A stretch of 30,150 nt of DNA from a virus (IMGVR_UViG_3300044267_003827:1-30150), one strand, 5' to 3'. Positions 7,099 to 16,206 are shown, counted from the first letter of the stretch. The notes: generated by a model not told the origin, from the sequence alone. Numbers and translations are program-made.

Positions 7099-7426
7099 TT
7101 AACAAATTGTCTAGTTCTGTGAATACAGAGTTTTCGGGGCCTTTGGAATTCTTAGTTGCTGTGTTATTTGATTCTTCCATTTTAACGACAAGGTTTAAGA
7201 TTTTAACCACATTATTCTTAGATGCTTGTGCTACTTTAAGAGCGTCTACCATTAGACCTTTTGAAGCTGCATCTTGTGGGTTCTCGTCTACCATTTGTCG
7301 AAAGAAACGATGAGCATCTAGAGCAAGTTGTCTATCCTCAGCCGCTTCGTCAATAAGTTTCTTTGCAATCCTCTGGACTCTTGTTGGTCCGAGGAGTGAG
7401 TTTTTAGGGACGTAATTTGATGGCAT
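7091..7426 (-). CDS. Hypothetical helical protein (possible late gene)
   Basis: 111 aa with GGAGG SD, preceded by a CTAAATACT motif. Confidence 0.7.
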   Translation of the reverse strand: MPSNYVPKNSLLGPTRVQRIAKKLIDEAAEDRQLALDAHRFFRQMVDENPQDAASKGLMVDALKVAQASKNNVVKILNLVVKMEESNNTATKNSKGPENSVFTELDNLLNE

Positions 7427-7562
7427 TTGTATTATCCTCCATAGTATTTAGTTGTTCTACGAGCATATTATCAATATACCATGAGAGTAAATCGTCAAAA
7501 TCTTCATAGGTCATGGTCAAACCGAATGGTTTCCAGGACATCTCCATATCGTCAAAAATCAT
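7404..7562 (-). CDS. 52-aa acidic small protein absent from the ORF track (MIFDDMEMSWKPFGLTMTYEDFDDLLSWYID...)
   Basis: Translated by hand. GAGG SD, and it fills the gap between neighbours. Confidence 0.55.
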   Translation of the reverse strand: MIFDDMEMSWKPFGLTMTYEDFDDLLSWYIDNMLVEQLNTMEDNTNAIKLRP

Positions 7563-7564
7563 AA

Positions 7565-7801
7565 TTAACCTCTATACACTTCAATGTGAAGTATATCTCC
7601 ATCATGTAAGGTGACTCCCGCAGGGAGCTTCATGTCATGTTGTACATCGCGCAAAACCTGTGCGATATTTTCTTTTGCAGGATACTCAATATCCAACTCG
7701 TACTGTACCTTTACCTTGGTTCTAATTACTGAGGTCTCATCAGTCTCAGCCGCAAAGTTAAGAGGACTCTTTTCCTTTTTCTCACCCCATAGCCATTTCA
7801 T
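7565..7801 (-). CDS. Hypothetical protein
   Basis: ORF 7565..7888, start reassigned to ATG 7801 (MKWLWGEK), ATGA-coupled to the upstream stop. Confidence 0.6.
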   Translation of the reverse strand: MKWLWGEKKEKSPLNFAAETDETSVIRTKVKVQYELDIEYPAKENIAQVLRDVQHDMKLPAGVTLHDGDILHIEVYRG

Positions 7802-8394
7802 TTCGCTGTTCCTGTGTAATGTAATACTAAAACATATCGCTCGCCCTGTGTTATAGGAGCAATACTGTGCTGAGTCCAACCGTCCCAAACGAGAGCAGAA
7901 AGCTTATTTCTGGGTACGAGATTGTGGCCTCCACGATTATTATAGATTAGAGTCTCGCCTCCTCGGTAATTATCGTTGAGCGGGATGCAAACTGTCCCAA
8001 CAATCGGAGGAGATATTCCCTTATAGCTTGAATCCCAGTCGCAATGCTTTTCAAACTTACCGTTCTGCATGTACTTCAGAACCCAAAAGCCATGGTAGCC
8101 TGTTACAATATCACATATAGTGTTTTGAAATGCTGAGTTTAATGTACGCAGAAAACTCTCACCCAAAGTAAAAAGTTCGGGTAAGAGTCCAGAGATTCTC
8201 TCGTCTTGCTCCGTTCTGATTTTAGCAAAAGGATTCGCTATCTGATACTCTAGGCAATCGGGGTTATAAGACCAATCAGATCTTTTTCCCCGTTCATCCA
8301 CAAGCTCAATCAGAACATCGGCAAGCTCTTGAGAGATTACATTCTCAGCGGTTATATAGGTTGCTTCTATATTGTGGTAGTTAACGTCTTCCAT
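7798..8394 (-). CDS. 2OG-Fe(II) oxygenase (prolyl-hydroxylase-like)
   Basis: KHCD...NDNYRGGETL...HSIAPITQGERYVL. Confidence 0.8.
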   Translation of the reverse strand: MEDVNYHNIEATYITAENVISQELADVLIELVDERGKRSDWSYNPDCLEYQIANPFAKIRTEQDERISGLLPELFTLGESFLRTLNSAFQNTICDIVTGYHGFWVLKYMQNGKFEKHCDWDSSYKGISPPIVGTVCIPLNDNYRGGETLIYNNRGGHNLVPRNKLSALVWDGWTQHSIAPITQGERYVLVLHYTGTAK

Positions 8395-8590
8395 TGGGCT
8401 TAGTGAACTTCTCGAAATTCAAATCCCCAGAGTAATCTTCATACTCATCGGCTTCAAATTTGTCGTTCTCCAAGCTATTATAGGCCCTACGGCTGAATTG
8501 TTGGTTAACTTGTCGGCTTTTGTTTTTAAACCCCTCCTTCAAATCTTTCGGAGTTTTATACTCAGACCGCTTTTTGTTAGACTTCCCCAT
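8381..8590 (-). CDS. Small basic/acidic hypothetical protein
   Basis: 69-aa ORF in operon order. Confidence 0.6.
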   Translation of the reverse strand: MGKSNKKRSEYKTPKDLKEGFKNKSRQVNQQFSRRAYNSLENDKFEADEYEDYSGDLNFEKFTKPNGRR

Positions 8591-8592
8591 AA

Positions 8593-8961
8593 CTATTCGA
8601 TAATTCCAAAGGGATGCTCTGGATCATCATAATCGTCCTCATCTGAGATGTCAGCCACTTTCGCTAATTCCTTAGCAACCTTTCCATGTATATTAAAAGA
8701 CAAGGCCACAGACTCGTTTGTGCTATCCCAATACATGGTCGCACACTTCTCATCCTCTTCCATCATGTCATAAACAATATTATACAAACAACAGTTCTTG
8801 TAGTACTTTATAAAATCTTCATCAGCCTTAGTGAATTTGTCTTCACCGTGCGGCCTGTTTAGAAAAAATTGCATCTGTGCGGCAGTAATATACATGCCGT
8901 TGTCTTCAGCCATTAAGGGTTCTCGGAAATCGTATTTTCCTCTCATGTCATAGTCGCCCAT
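8593..8961 (-). CDS. Acidic hypothetical protein
   Basis: 122-aa ORF. Confidence 0.65.
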   Translation of the reverse strand: MGDYDMRGKYDFREPLMAEDNGMYITAAQMQFFLNRPHGEDKFTKADEDFIKYYKNCCLYNIVYDMMEEDEKCATMYWDSTNESVALSFNIHGKVAKELAKVADISDEDDYDDPEHPFGIIE

Positions 8962-8981
8962 GCTAGTACAAAGTTAGAAAC

Positions 8982-9014
8982 GGGAGGAGAGTTGACGGGG
9001 GAAACTCCCCTCCC
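8982..9014 (-). terminator. Strong hairpin, probable intrinsic terminator after the DUF932 gene
   Basis: GGGAGGGGAGTT / AACTCTCCTCCC 12-bp stem (one G-U), followed by GTTTCTAACTTT. Confidence 0.6.
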
Positions 9015-9020
9015 TAGGAA

Positions 9021-9803
9021 TTAGTTGAGAGAAATACTCTCACTATATGTACTAGCCAAATCCCAAAGTTGTGAGTTAAATTTCACATCTTTTTGAATGG
9101 AAGTAAGAGGGCGCACTCTGCGTCGAGTAGAACCGTTAAGGAAACCCCCACGAATGAGGTTCTCTTGAGCAACATTAAAAGTCCTCCAGAGGTCAGTTCC
9201 ACGATCAGCTTCCCTGCGAACAGTAGCCATGTCCCGAATCAGACCCTCATCAGGGTTCTCGAAACGGATCTTAGCAGCATCCGTAAAGAAGTCCATGCGA
9301 GAACGCTCAGTAAGCTCAGTATTCTGCCAAGAGTCGATCTTGTCAGCGACCTTAGAAGCGTTCATAATAAGCTCCCTAGAAGCCTCCACAACCTGCTTAG
9401 GCTCAAATCCGATGTGTCGGATGTGAATCTTGCCAAAGTCGCTCTCAGAGATCACCATGCCGTTAGAGCAGACCATACGGAAGATACCTCCCATAAGATC
9501 GTAAGAGCCAGTCCCGTTGTGTGCATTCATAAGAAGCATCTCAGGGAAGGAGTCTCCAACGCCAAAGGATTTCGTATCAAGGTCTTCGTGCTTGAGACGG
9601 ATAATGTGCTTGGCGTGACCCTTGCTCCACTTGCGAGGGTTTACCTGCTGGGCTTTCCAAGCAGTCCAGCCCTCATCTTGAAGAATCTCAAGAATGTCGG
9701 TAGTGGGGAGGAAAGAGTATCGGCTGGATACCTGTCCATCTTCGGGCTCCGTAGCAAAAGCAGCAGGAGCGTAAGTGCGTAGTAGTTCTTCGTTTCTAAT
9801 CAT
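9021..9803 (-). CDS. DUF932/DUF945-family phage/plasmid protein
   Basis: SSRYSFLPT...KHIIRL...PEMLLMNAHNGTGSY..MGGIFRMVCSNGMVI...RREAD...DLWRTFNVAQENLIRGG. Confidence 0.85.
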   Translation of the reverse strand: MIRNEELLRTYAPAAFATEPEDGQVSSRYSFLPTTDILEILQDEGWTAWKAQQVNPRKWSKGHAKHIIRLKHEDLDTKSFGVGDSFPEMLLMNAHNGTGSYDLMGGIFRMVCSNGMVISESDFGKIHIRHIGFEPKQVVEASRELIMNASKVADKIDSWQNTELTERSRMDFFTDAAKIRFENPDEGLIRDMATVRREADRGTDLWRTFNVAQENLIRGGFLNGSTRRRVRPLTSIQKDVKFNSQLWDLASTYSESISLN

Positions 9804-9804
9804 T

Positions 9805-10062
9805 TTAGTTGTCTCCGTAGGTTAGGAAAAAGGCTTCTTCACGGGTCAGTCCAAGGTTCTTATGCTCTTTGGTCATGCGGAATCGCTTACCAGTTTTAGC
9901 AGTATAATCCTCGATAGACTCGTATAATGAATCAGTCTTGGGTTGCTCCTTCTTAGGAGCGGGTTTAGTTACTTTAGGTTTGGGTGTTGAACGACCGAAC
10001 ACACCATCAAACGCATCGCTGATGAGGGTCGAAAGTTCGTCAAAGAATTTGTCATCTGTCAT
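9805..10062 (-). CDS. Hypothetical protein
   Basis: 85 aa with GGAGG SD and an upstream promoter. Confidence 0.7.
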   Translation of the reverse strand: MTDDKFFDELSTLISDAFDGVFGRSTPKPKVTKPAPKKEQPKTDSLYESIEDYTAKTGKRFRMTKEHKNLGLTREEAFFLTYGDN

Positions 10063-10089
10063 AGGTAGTACCTCCGTTTGGTTCGCCCT

Positions 10090-10117
10090 ATTATACCCGT
10101 TCAGAGATTAATTACAA
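10090..10117 (-). promoter_or_regulatory. sigma70-type promoter TTGTAA-16-TATAAT
   Basis: Intergenic, upstream of the GGAGG SD of 9805..10062. Confidence 0.6.
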
Positions 10118-10119
10118 CC

Positions 10120-11106
10120 CTAAACCCCAAAAAATTTGTGAAGTTCCTCAAAACCCTCGGTCTTGGGGTCCAGAAGCAGGGTTTCGAACTCCTTAGATTG
10201 GAACTTTTTCCCTGTCCCTGCTACGGTATACCATGCACCGTTCCTCTCGACCATCCCATCTGCCTCCAGATGCTTCAATGTCCCAGCGTAGGGGTTGAGC
10301 CCCTCGTTGTACATAAGCTCAAACTCGCACTCCCTGAAAGGTACGGAGCATTTGTTCTTTGTGTTCCTGACCGTACCCCTGATTCCTGTAACTCTTTTGT
10401 GATCGTCCTTAAGAAGGTCGCTAGTTTTATTTGAAATACACTTTAAGTTTACGCCAAGGTAATACTCTAATGATTTTCCACCAGCAGCCATAGTGTCAGG
10501 GCTCCCATACATCACACCCACTTTATTTCTAATCTGGTTGATGATGACCAGAGCAACTTTATGCTTACGCATGAGTGGGTTAATCTTTCGCAAACACGCG
10601 CCAGTAGACTTAGCTCTAATGGCTCCCTGCATATTGTTACCGTCGTATCCCTCAGCTTCATATTCTGCTTTTGAGGGTGACACAGCGATGCTATCGTATG
10701 CAACAACAATAGGTGTCTCAGTATCAGTCTCACGAATGGTCATAATTGCATCCTCGATAACTTGGAAACACTCTTCCAAGGTTTCAGGCGCAGCATAAAT
10801 CAAACGCTTTGGATCTAAACCCAGATGTTCAGCAAACTCAGCGTTGTATGCATTTTCGCTATCGACCAAGATAGTGTAGTAACCTTGAGTTTGTGCCTCT
10901 TTCAAGATGTGAGTAGCGAAGACTGTTTTAGCAGTCGAGGCTTCGCCATGGAACTGGGTAATCATTCCAATCGGAATGCCCTTGGTGTAATCGCCTGAGA
11001 TGATCTTGTTCAGGGCGTAGCTACCAGTTGAAACAAAGCCCATATCGGGCACTTGCTCTGAAAGTAATCCTGCGTTCTTAAGTCGTTTTAGTACTGCGTT
11101 ATCCAT
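10120..11106 (-). CDS. recA: RecA/UvsX-like recombinase
   Basis: VSTGSYALN...GIPIG...VDSENA...YDSIA...INQIRNKVGVMYGSP...GGKSLEYY...KNKCSVPFRECEF...NGAWY. Confidence 0.92.
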   Translation of the reverse strand: MDNAVLKRLKNAGLLSEQVPDMGFVSTGSYALNKIISGDYTKGIPIGMITQFHGEASTAKTVFATHILKEAQTQGYYTILVDSENAYNAEFAEHLGLDPKRLIYAAPETLEECFQVIEDAIMTIRETDTETPIVVAYDSIAVSPSKAEYEAEGYDGNNMQGAIRAKSTGACLRKINPLMRKHKVALVIINQIRNKVGVMYGSPDTMAAGGKSLEYYLGVNLKCISNKTSDLLKDDHKRVTGIRGTVRNTKNKCSVPFRECEFELMYNEGLNPYAGTLKHLEADGMVERNGAWYTVAGTGKKFQSKEFETLLLDPKTEGFEELHKFFGV

Positions 11107-11111
11107 GTACT

Positions 11112-11161
11112 ATTATAGAATCTTTGACTTTTTGGTCATCCAAAAAACTTTGACTTTTTGG
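11112..11161 (-). promoter_or_regulatory. recA -10 box (TATAAT 5 nt before ATG) with a 14-bp direct repeat upstream
   Basis: CTTTGACTTTTTGG at 11122-11135 and 11148-11161 (+ strand), ATTATA at 11112-11117. Confidence 0.6.
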
Positions 11162-11164
11162 GTA

Positions 11165-11377
11165 TTAGTGCCATCCAGGGTTGTAAACACCCTTTCCTTC
11201 GATTTTAAATGAGGGCCTACAGTTGCCTAAGTATTTAAACAGAGTGCCTTCTTCTTTTTCATGGTCAGGATCACACTTAGGACAGTGGGTTGCTGGGTCT
11301 TCGTAGTCCTCTGTCATAGTAGCTAAGGTTTCAAAGATAGTCTCACACTCTTTGCATTGATACTGGTAAATAGGCAT
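11165..11377 (-). CDS. FmdB-like zinc-ribbon protein
   Basis: MPIYQYQCKEC...CPKC...FKIEGKGVY. Confidence 0.82.
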   Translation of the reverse strand: MPIYQYQCKECETIFETLATMTEDYEDPATHCPKCDPDHEKEEGTLFKYLGNCRPSFKIEGKGVYNPGWH

Positions 11378-12378
11378 TAGTTATCCCTCTTCTTAATTTG
11401 TTCAGCAATCCAATCGTAAGTAATCTTCATGCCCTCTTCTAGGGGCATCGAGGGAGCCCATCCAAGGAGTTCCCTGATTAAAGTATTATCACTATTTCTA
11501 CCATTAACCCCCACAGGCCCATCAATATTTCTAATGTTGACCTTCTCCCCACGGAATCCAGCAGCCATCTTAGCTAAGTTATTAATGGAGATCATCTCAT
11601 CCGAGCCAATGTTAATAACCTCTTCTACGTCCGAGTCCATCAGCCTACGAACTGCCTCTAAACACTCATCAATGTACAAAAAGGATCTGGTTTGGTTTCC
11701 TGGACCCCATACATCAATTGTTAAACCTTCTTCAGGGGACCACTGAGCCTCTGCTACTTTACGGCACATGGCAGCAGGAGCTTTCTCCTTTCCACCATCC
11801 CATGTCCCTTCAGGCCCAAAGATGTTATGGAACCTTGCTACGCGAACCTCTAGATTGTAGTTTCTCGCGTAAGACCTCCACATCCTCTCAGAGAAGAGTT
11901 TCTCCCACCCATACTCAGAGTCTGGATGTGCGGGATAGGCTGAGTCCTCCGCGCAGTTAGGGTTGTCAGGATCAACCTGATTATGCTGAGGGTAGATACA
12001 AGCCGAAGAGGAGTAAAACACTTTGGTGTGCGAACTGTAGCAAGCAATAGCTTTAGCTATGTTAAGGTTTACTAAAGCAGAGTTATGCATTACATCCGCA
12101 TCATGCTCTCCCGTGAAAATATAACCCGCTCCTCCCATGTCTGCTGCAAACTGATAAAGCTCAGTCGCTTGAGCATTACGAATTAAACTCTCTACCGAGT
12201 TAGGATTTCTTAGGTCAAAGTTGTCCTGATTGATTGCTTCGGAGTGAACTTGATCCCACTCATCAAAAGCTCTTACATCAACTGCGGCTACCACATAACC
12301 TTCGTCTAAGAGTCTTTTTACCATGTGGCCTCCGATGAAGCCACCCGCGCCACACACTATTGCATTTTTCTTTTTCAT
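11377..12378 (-). CDS. GDP-mannose 3,5-epimerase-like NAD-dependent epimerase
   Basis: GAGGFIG, AADMGGAGYI, SSACIYP, YGWEK, RFHNIFGP, GGKEKAPAAMCRK, TRSFLYIDEC and GRNSDN. Confidence 0.9.
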   Translation of the reverse strand: MKKKNAIVCGAGGFIGGHMVKRLLDEGYVVAAVDVRAFDEWDQVHSEAINQDNFDLRNPNSVESLIRNAQATELYQFAADMGGAGYIFTGEHDADVMHNSALVNLNIAKAIACYSSHTKVFYSSSACIYPQHNQVDPDNPNCAEDSAYPAHPDSEYGWEKLFSERMWRSYARNYNLEVRVARFHNIFGPEGTWDGGKEKAPAAMCRKVAEAQWSPEEGLTIDVWGPGNQTRSFLYIDECLEAVRRLMDSDVEEVINIGSDEMISINNLAKMAAGFRGEKVNIRNIDGPVGVNGRNSDNTLIRELLGWAPSMPLEEGMKITYDWIAEQIKKRDN

Positions 12379-13253
12379 TTAATATCTCCAGGCTTGAGCG
12401 TTAATTCGCTTGTATAAAAGCTTATGATGTCTTCAACGGAGTGAGGAGTGTAATGTTGTTGAAGATATACATTTGATCTAATCTCTTCACTAATAGGTCT
12501 TCCGTGAGTTAGTTGATAGTCGTGACCCTTTACATACATCCTCGTAGGAGAAAGATCCTTGCAAGCAAGTTGGGAAACAAAGGAGTCACACCCCACAAAA
12601 TATTCAGCATACTTAGCTAAGGTCACGATGCTCTTTATATTATAGTTAACAAGCACAGTTGCTCGGGACAGAGTGTGGTTAATTTCTCTGTCTGAAATAA
12701 TGACAACATCTAAGTCTGTATTGGTGGAGAGATCCTCTATCATTTGCCAATCAGAGTTCGTTATTTTTGCGATATCATTCCTCTTAGATCGAGCGGCAGT
12801 GGGATAATGAACCAAAATATACTTATTTGGTTTAATATTTAACTCTTCCCAAGCTACACTCTCTTGTGTGCAAGAAGTTAAAAACGAAGACCCTTGGTAT
12901 TTTCTGGAGGAGTCGTTAAGGATTCCAACGGTATCTATCGCATTAACTTCGTCTTTGGAGAGGTTAAACAGAGAAAGCCCTACTGCATAATTAGCAGGAA
13001 AATCGGGCCTAAAGTGCCAGAAAGATGCGGCTTCAGGCTCTAGACGAACCATATTTTCCATTCCCACTTTATCCTCTATGACATGTTGTCTCTGTAGATT
13101 AGGATACTCTTGGTTATTAATAAATAAATGAAATAACGGCTTTCCCCAACGACATGCCCAAAAGATCTCAGTAATATTCTCTTTCTCTTCTTTGGTGAGA
13201 AGAGCATCTACTGATACCATGTCTCCGATACCTGCTGAGATATAAGTCTTCAT
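12375..13253 (-). CDS. Putative GT-B glycosyltransferase (GT9-like)
   Basis: N-terminal GIGD and C-terminal YFVGCDS motifs, within the cluster. Confidence 0.5.
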   Translation of the reverse strand: MKTYISAGIGDMVSVDALLTKEEKENITEIFWACRWGKPLFHLFINNQEYPNLQRQHVIEDKVGMENMVRLEPEAASFWHFRPDFPANYAVGLSLFNLSKDEVNAIDTVGILNDSSRKYQGSSFLTSCTQESVAWEELNIKPNKYILVHYPTAARSKRNDIAKITNSDWQMIEDLSTNTDLDVVIISDREINHTLSRATVLVNYNIKSIVTLAKYAEYFVGCDSFVSQLACKDLSPTRMYVKGHDYQLTHGRPISEEIRSNVYLQQHYTPHSVEDIISFYTSELTLKPGDIK

Positions 13254-13898
13254 TTAGTGTTTATTCTCCTTGTAGTAACCCACGCTATCTTCTGTAAATT
13301 TTAACCAAGCACCTGTTGGGCTTCCACAGTGGGGAAGATTAGGCTCATAAGAGTATTTCTTTACGCAGGAAGGCCAGTCTATTACGTTTTCTTGACCTCT
13401 TCTCTGCTTCTTTGAACTATCTACACTTCTATTATTATCCTCTAGGATAAATGTGCAGGGAAGATTGTGGCCTTGTACAAACATTACAGCCTCATAAAAA
13501 TGACCCTCATCCTCTGCTCCATCACCTATAAAGCACCACACTTTCTTGTCTTCTTTTTTCTCTTTTATTGCCCATGCGGCCCCCGCTGCTATACCTGCAC
13601 ATCCAGCCAAAATACAACTACACAGGAAATTTAGATCTTTATTATAAACATACATACTATCCCCTTTGCGAATTCGATCTAAAAGGTCTTCTTGGGTTCC
13701 CCCTGCTAAAAGGTAGTGATAGTGGGTTCTGTGAGTAGAAAAAATATAGTCTCCAGGCTGGATGTCCTTAAAGATTTCAATAAGCTGATCCTCGTTGCCG
13801 CCACAAAAATGCATCACACTCGGGATTTCTCCAGCATGATACAGATCTATAAGGTTAGACTCAAAGGATATCAATTCCTCCTTTGTGGCATTAAACAA
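13254..13898 (-). CDS. ThDP-dependent enzyme, E1-alpha-like subunit (compact)
   Basis: HFCGGNE, STHRTH and the GDGAEDEG...EDNN ThDP-binding motif. Confidence 0.88.
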   Translation of the reverse strand: MFNATKEELISFESNLIDLYHAGEIPSVMHFCGGNEDQLIEIFKDIQPGDYIFSTHRTHYHYLLAGGTQEDLLDRIRKGDSMYVYNKDLNFLCSCILAGCAGIAAGAAWAIKEKKEDKKVWCFIGDGAEDEGHFYEAVMFVQGHNLPCTFILEDNNRSVDSSKKQRRGQENVIDWPSCVKKYSYEPNLPHCGSPTGAWLKFTEDSVGYYKENKH

Positions 13899-14970
13899 AG
13901 TTATCTCCTTTTGCCTCTAGAAGTTGGTGAATAAATATATTTTTTCTGTCATTGGCACACTGTCCTGTGCAGACTTTTTGGCACTCAAAGCCGTCTTGAA
14001 AGTCTTTAGCATACTGGCTGAACCAAGCGTCTTTAAAACTTTGATCTTTAATGGAGCAGATAATACTATCGTCCGAGTACGCTTGGTTATGACAAGCGTA
14101 CACATTTAGATCAGCCCCGATCACAGGATTATATTGCATCACATAACACTTCGTGTAAGGTCGATGACAAATATCGTCTCTAAAAGATCCCTCGTTGTAA
14201 CTACTATAAATCTTAAACCGTTCCGTAGAAAGATCTTCTTTAATGCTTTCTAATTCAGCCATGATCCACTCTTTTATAGGTTCATGATACTCATTAAAAT
14301 TATGAATCCACATCGGGGAAAAGCGAATATTCTCTACACCTAAAGAAATTAGTAATTCAGCAGCTTTTCGAATATCCTTATGGTTCTCTTTGGTGATGAT
14401 GAAGTTTACCGCAAGATCACAAGTGTCATCCTTCATCTTGGCAAATTCCCGAATGTTATCTAAAATAGGATAAAAATGTCTTCCTTTAATCCTACGACTC
14501 TCCACGAAGCCCTCCTCAGTGCAATAATCAATAGAAATTCTAACCCACTTCGCTTTGGAAAGTAGCTCGGCTTTTTTTCCGCTTAAGTACTGACCGTTGG
14601 TGATGACTGACAGGTCGATGCCTAGATCCAATGTGCGTTGAAGGTACTCTACCGTATTTGGGTGCATGAGAGGCTCGCCTCCTCCTGAATAAGTGACAGC
14701 CTTTACCCCCATGTCCTTAAAGTTATCCAAGATCTCATACATCTTATCTAAGGTAATCATATCTTGTTTTTCCATACCTTCGTGCATCTGAGATAAATCA
14801 GGCTCATGGTAAACGCACCAAAAGCATTTATGATTACACCGATTAAGGGGCTTAACACGAACGTAGAGGGGAGAGGTTATTTCTCCTTCCGCAAACGACT
14901 GTAACTTCTCTGGAAACCAGACAATTTTTTTGTTACTATATTTATTAGATACTTGTAAGGGTTTTTCCAT
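13891..14970 (-). CDS. Radical SAM enzyme with SPASM/twitch domain
   Basis: CNHKCFWC, SGGGEP and C-terminal C...GADLNVYAC...CxxxCxxxC. Start reassigned to MEKPLQ. Confidence 0.88.
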   Translation of the reverse strand: MEKPLQVSNKYSNKKIVWFPEKLQSFAEGEITSPLYVRVKPLNRCNHKCFWCVYHEPDLSQMHEGMEKQDMITLDKMYEILDNFKDMGVKAVTYSGGGEPLMHPNTVEYLQRTLDLGIDLSVITNGQYLSGKKAELLSKAKWVRISIDYCTEEGFVESRRIKGRHFYPILDNIREFAKMKDDTCDLAVNFIITKENHKDIRKAAELLISLGVENIRFSPMWIHNFNEYHEPIKEWIMAELESIKEDLSTERFKIYSSYNEGSFRDDICHRPYTKCYVMQYNPVIGADLNVYACHNQAYSDDSIICSIKDQSFKDAWFSQYAKDFQDGFECQKVCTGQCANDRKNIFIHQLLEAKGDNFV

Positions 14971-15490
14971 AATAATCTTTCTTCTCAACAATCATAACTG
15001 ATGAAGTGGACTCGTAGGCTTCTTTATATGCACTCTCGATCTGGGAAGGATCGTCTAATACTATTATAGGAAAGTCTACCATTAATTTTAGAGCTTCTGA
15101 AAAATCTTGAGTGTGTGTTGCCCCTGTAAAGAACGGAGCCTCAGTTCCCCCAACGACCACACGCATGATAACCTTAGGATTGTACTGGCCTCTCGAAACC
15201 CTTTTAAGTTTTGCTAAATGATTTACAATAGCATCTAGTGCGTTTAGCACAAAATCAAAGCGTTCAAAATAGACTACTGGTTTTAAGCCCTCTAAGCTCA
15301 TTCCTGTAGCTAATCCTGCCATTAAGTTTTCTGCCACAGGAGTTTCTACCAACTGTTGCTCATCAATCTCTGATAAGAACCCTGAAGCTTTTGCCGTTCC
15401 AGGCCCTACACCATAACCAATAAACCTAGTTTTAGGATCTCGTCCTAAGAACTCCATTGCCTCTTTAATTTTATCTTTATATGTTTTCAT
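14945..15490 (-). CDS. ThDP-dependent enzyme, E1-beta/transketolase pyrimidine-binding subunit (no C-terminal domain)
   Basis: ETPVAENLMAGLATGMSLEGLKPVV...DAIVNH...GATHTQD. Start reassigned to MKTY, ATGA-coupled. Confidence 0.85.
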   Translation of the reverse strand: MKTYKDKIKEAMEFLGRDPKTRFIGYGVGPGTAKASGFLSEIDEQQLVETPVAENLMAGLATGMSLEGLKPVVYFERFDFVLNALDAIVNHLAKLKRVSRGQYNPKVIMRVVVGGTEAPFFTGATHTQDFSEALKLMVDFPIIVLDDPSQIESAYKEAYESTSSVMIVEKKDYYGKTLTSI

Positions 15491-16206
15491 ATACACCTTA
15501 TCCATCCTCTAGACTTAGTAACAAATTTATTACCTTTTGTGCTTAATAAGAACTTTTCACTAGAAACTTTATCTCCTAGTCCATCCACGAATGCTCCAAC
15601 GCTGCTCTCAATGCAATAAATTTCCGAGGCATTTACGATCACTTTATACCAATCCAAGATGTTATATCCCTCGATAACTCTACATTCTACTATATTTTTA
15701 TCTTTAGCTCTTTCAGGAAGAAGACCTTTAGTGCCATCTGATTGATCCAAATGGCAAAAAATGTAGTCTTTAGAGTCTGTAACCAAATCAAAAAGCTTAT
15801 TCTCTTTTTCTAAGTCCCTGCGCCACTCCAAAGTATACTTCTTCTCCCAGGAAACATTGGAGACTCTATACTTCTTCTCTTCAGGAGTTTCTCCTGTATC
15901 TTCAGGCATAGACGTAGGCACTGGTCTATCCGCTAAGTTTAAGTACTGAGCCCCCATGTCTTGAGCAAGCTGCATACCCATAAGAACTTTGGATATCATC
16001 TGGACCTCTCGGGGATCTGAGTGTTCTACAAGCCTCTCATCGGGCAGACTCATAGCTGTAACGTAGGGAAACTGCTCAATTATTGATAAATGTTCGTCTC
16101 CTACAGGCCAGAAAACTTCATGCCCCTCATCGGAATAATGCTTGGCAATGGGAGCGCAGAAGAATAAATCTCCATAGCCTCCAGGTTGTCCTAAAACTAT
16201 TTTCAT
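15487..16206 (-). CDS. Putative glycosyltransferase-like protein
   Basis: QPGGYGDLFF...IAKHY N-terminus and IYCIESS C-terminal motif resemble GT9-like folds. Confidence 0.45.
   Translation of the reverse strand: MKIVLGQPGGYGDLFFCAPIAKHYSDEGHEVFWPVGDEHLSIIEQFPYVTAMSLPDERLVEHSDPREVQMISKVLMGMQLAQDMGAQYLNLADRPVPTSMPEDTGETPEEKKYRVSNVSWEKKYTLEWRRDLEKENKLFDLVTDSKDYIFCHLDQSDGTKGLLPERAKDKNIVECRVIEGYNILDWYKVIVNASEIYCIESSVGAFVDGLGDKVSSEKFLLSTKGNKFVTKSRGWIRCI

Noticed and set aside
9093-9782. 229-aa plus-strand ORF
   Set aside because: Antisense shadow of the DUF932 gene, with no motifs or SD.
13254-15490. Pyruvate dehydrogenase as a central-metabolism auxiliary gene
   Set aside because: The subunits are truncated, there is no E2/E3, and they are embedded among sugar genes.
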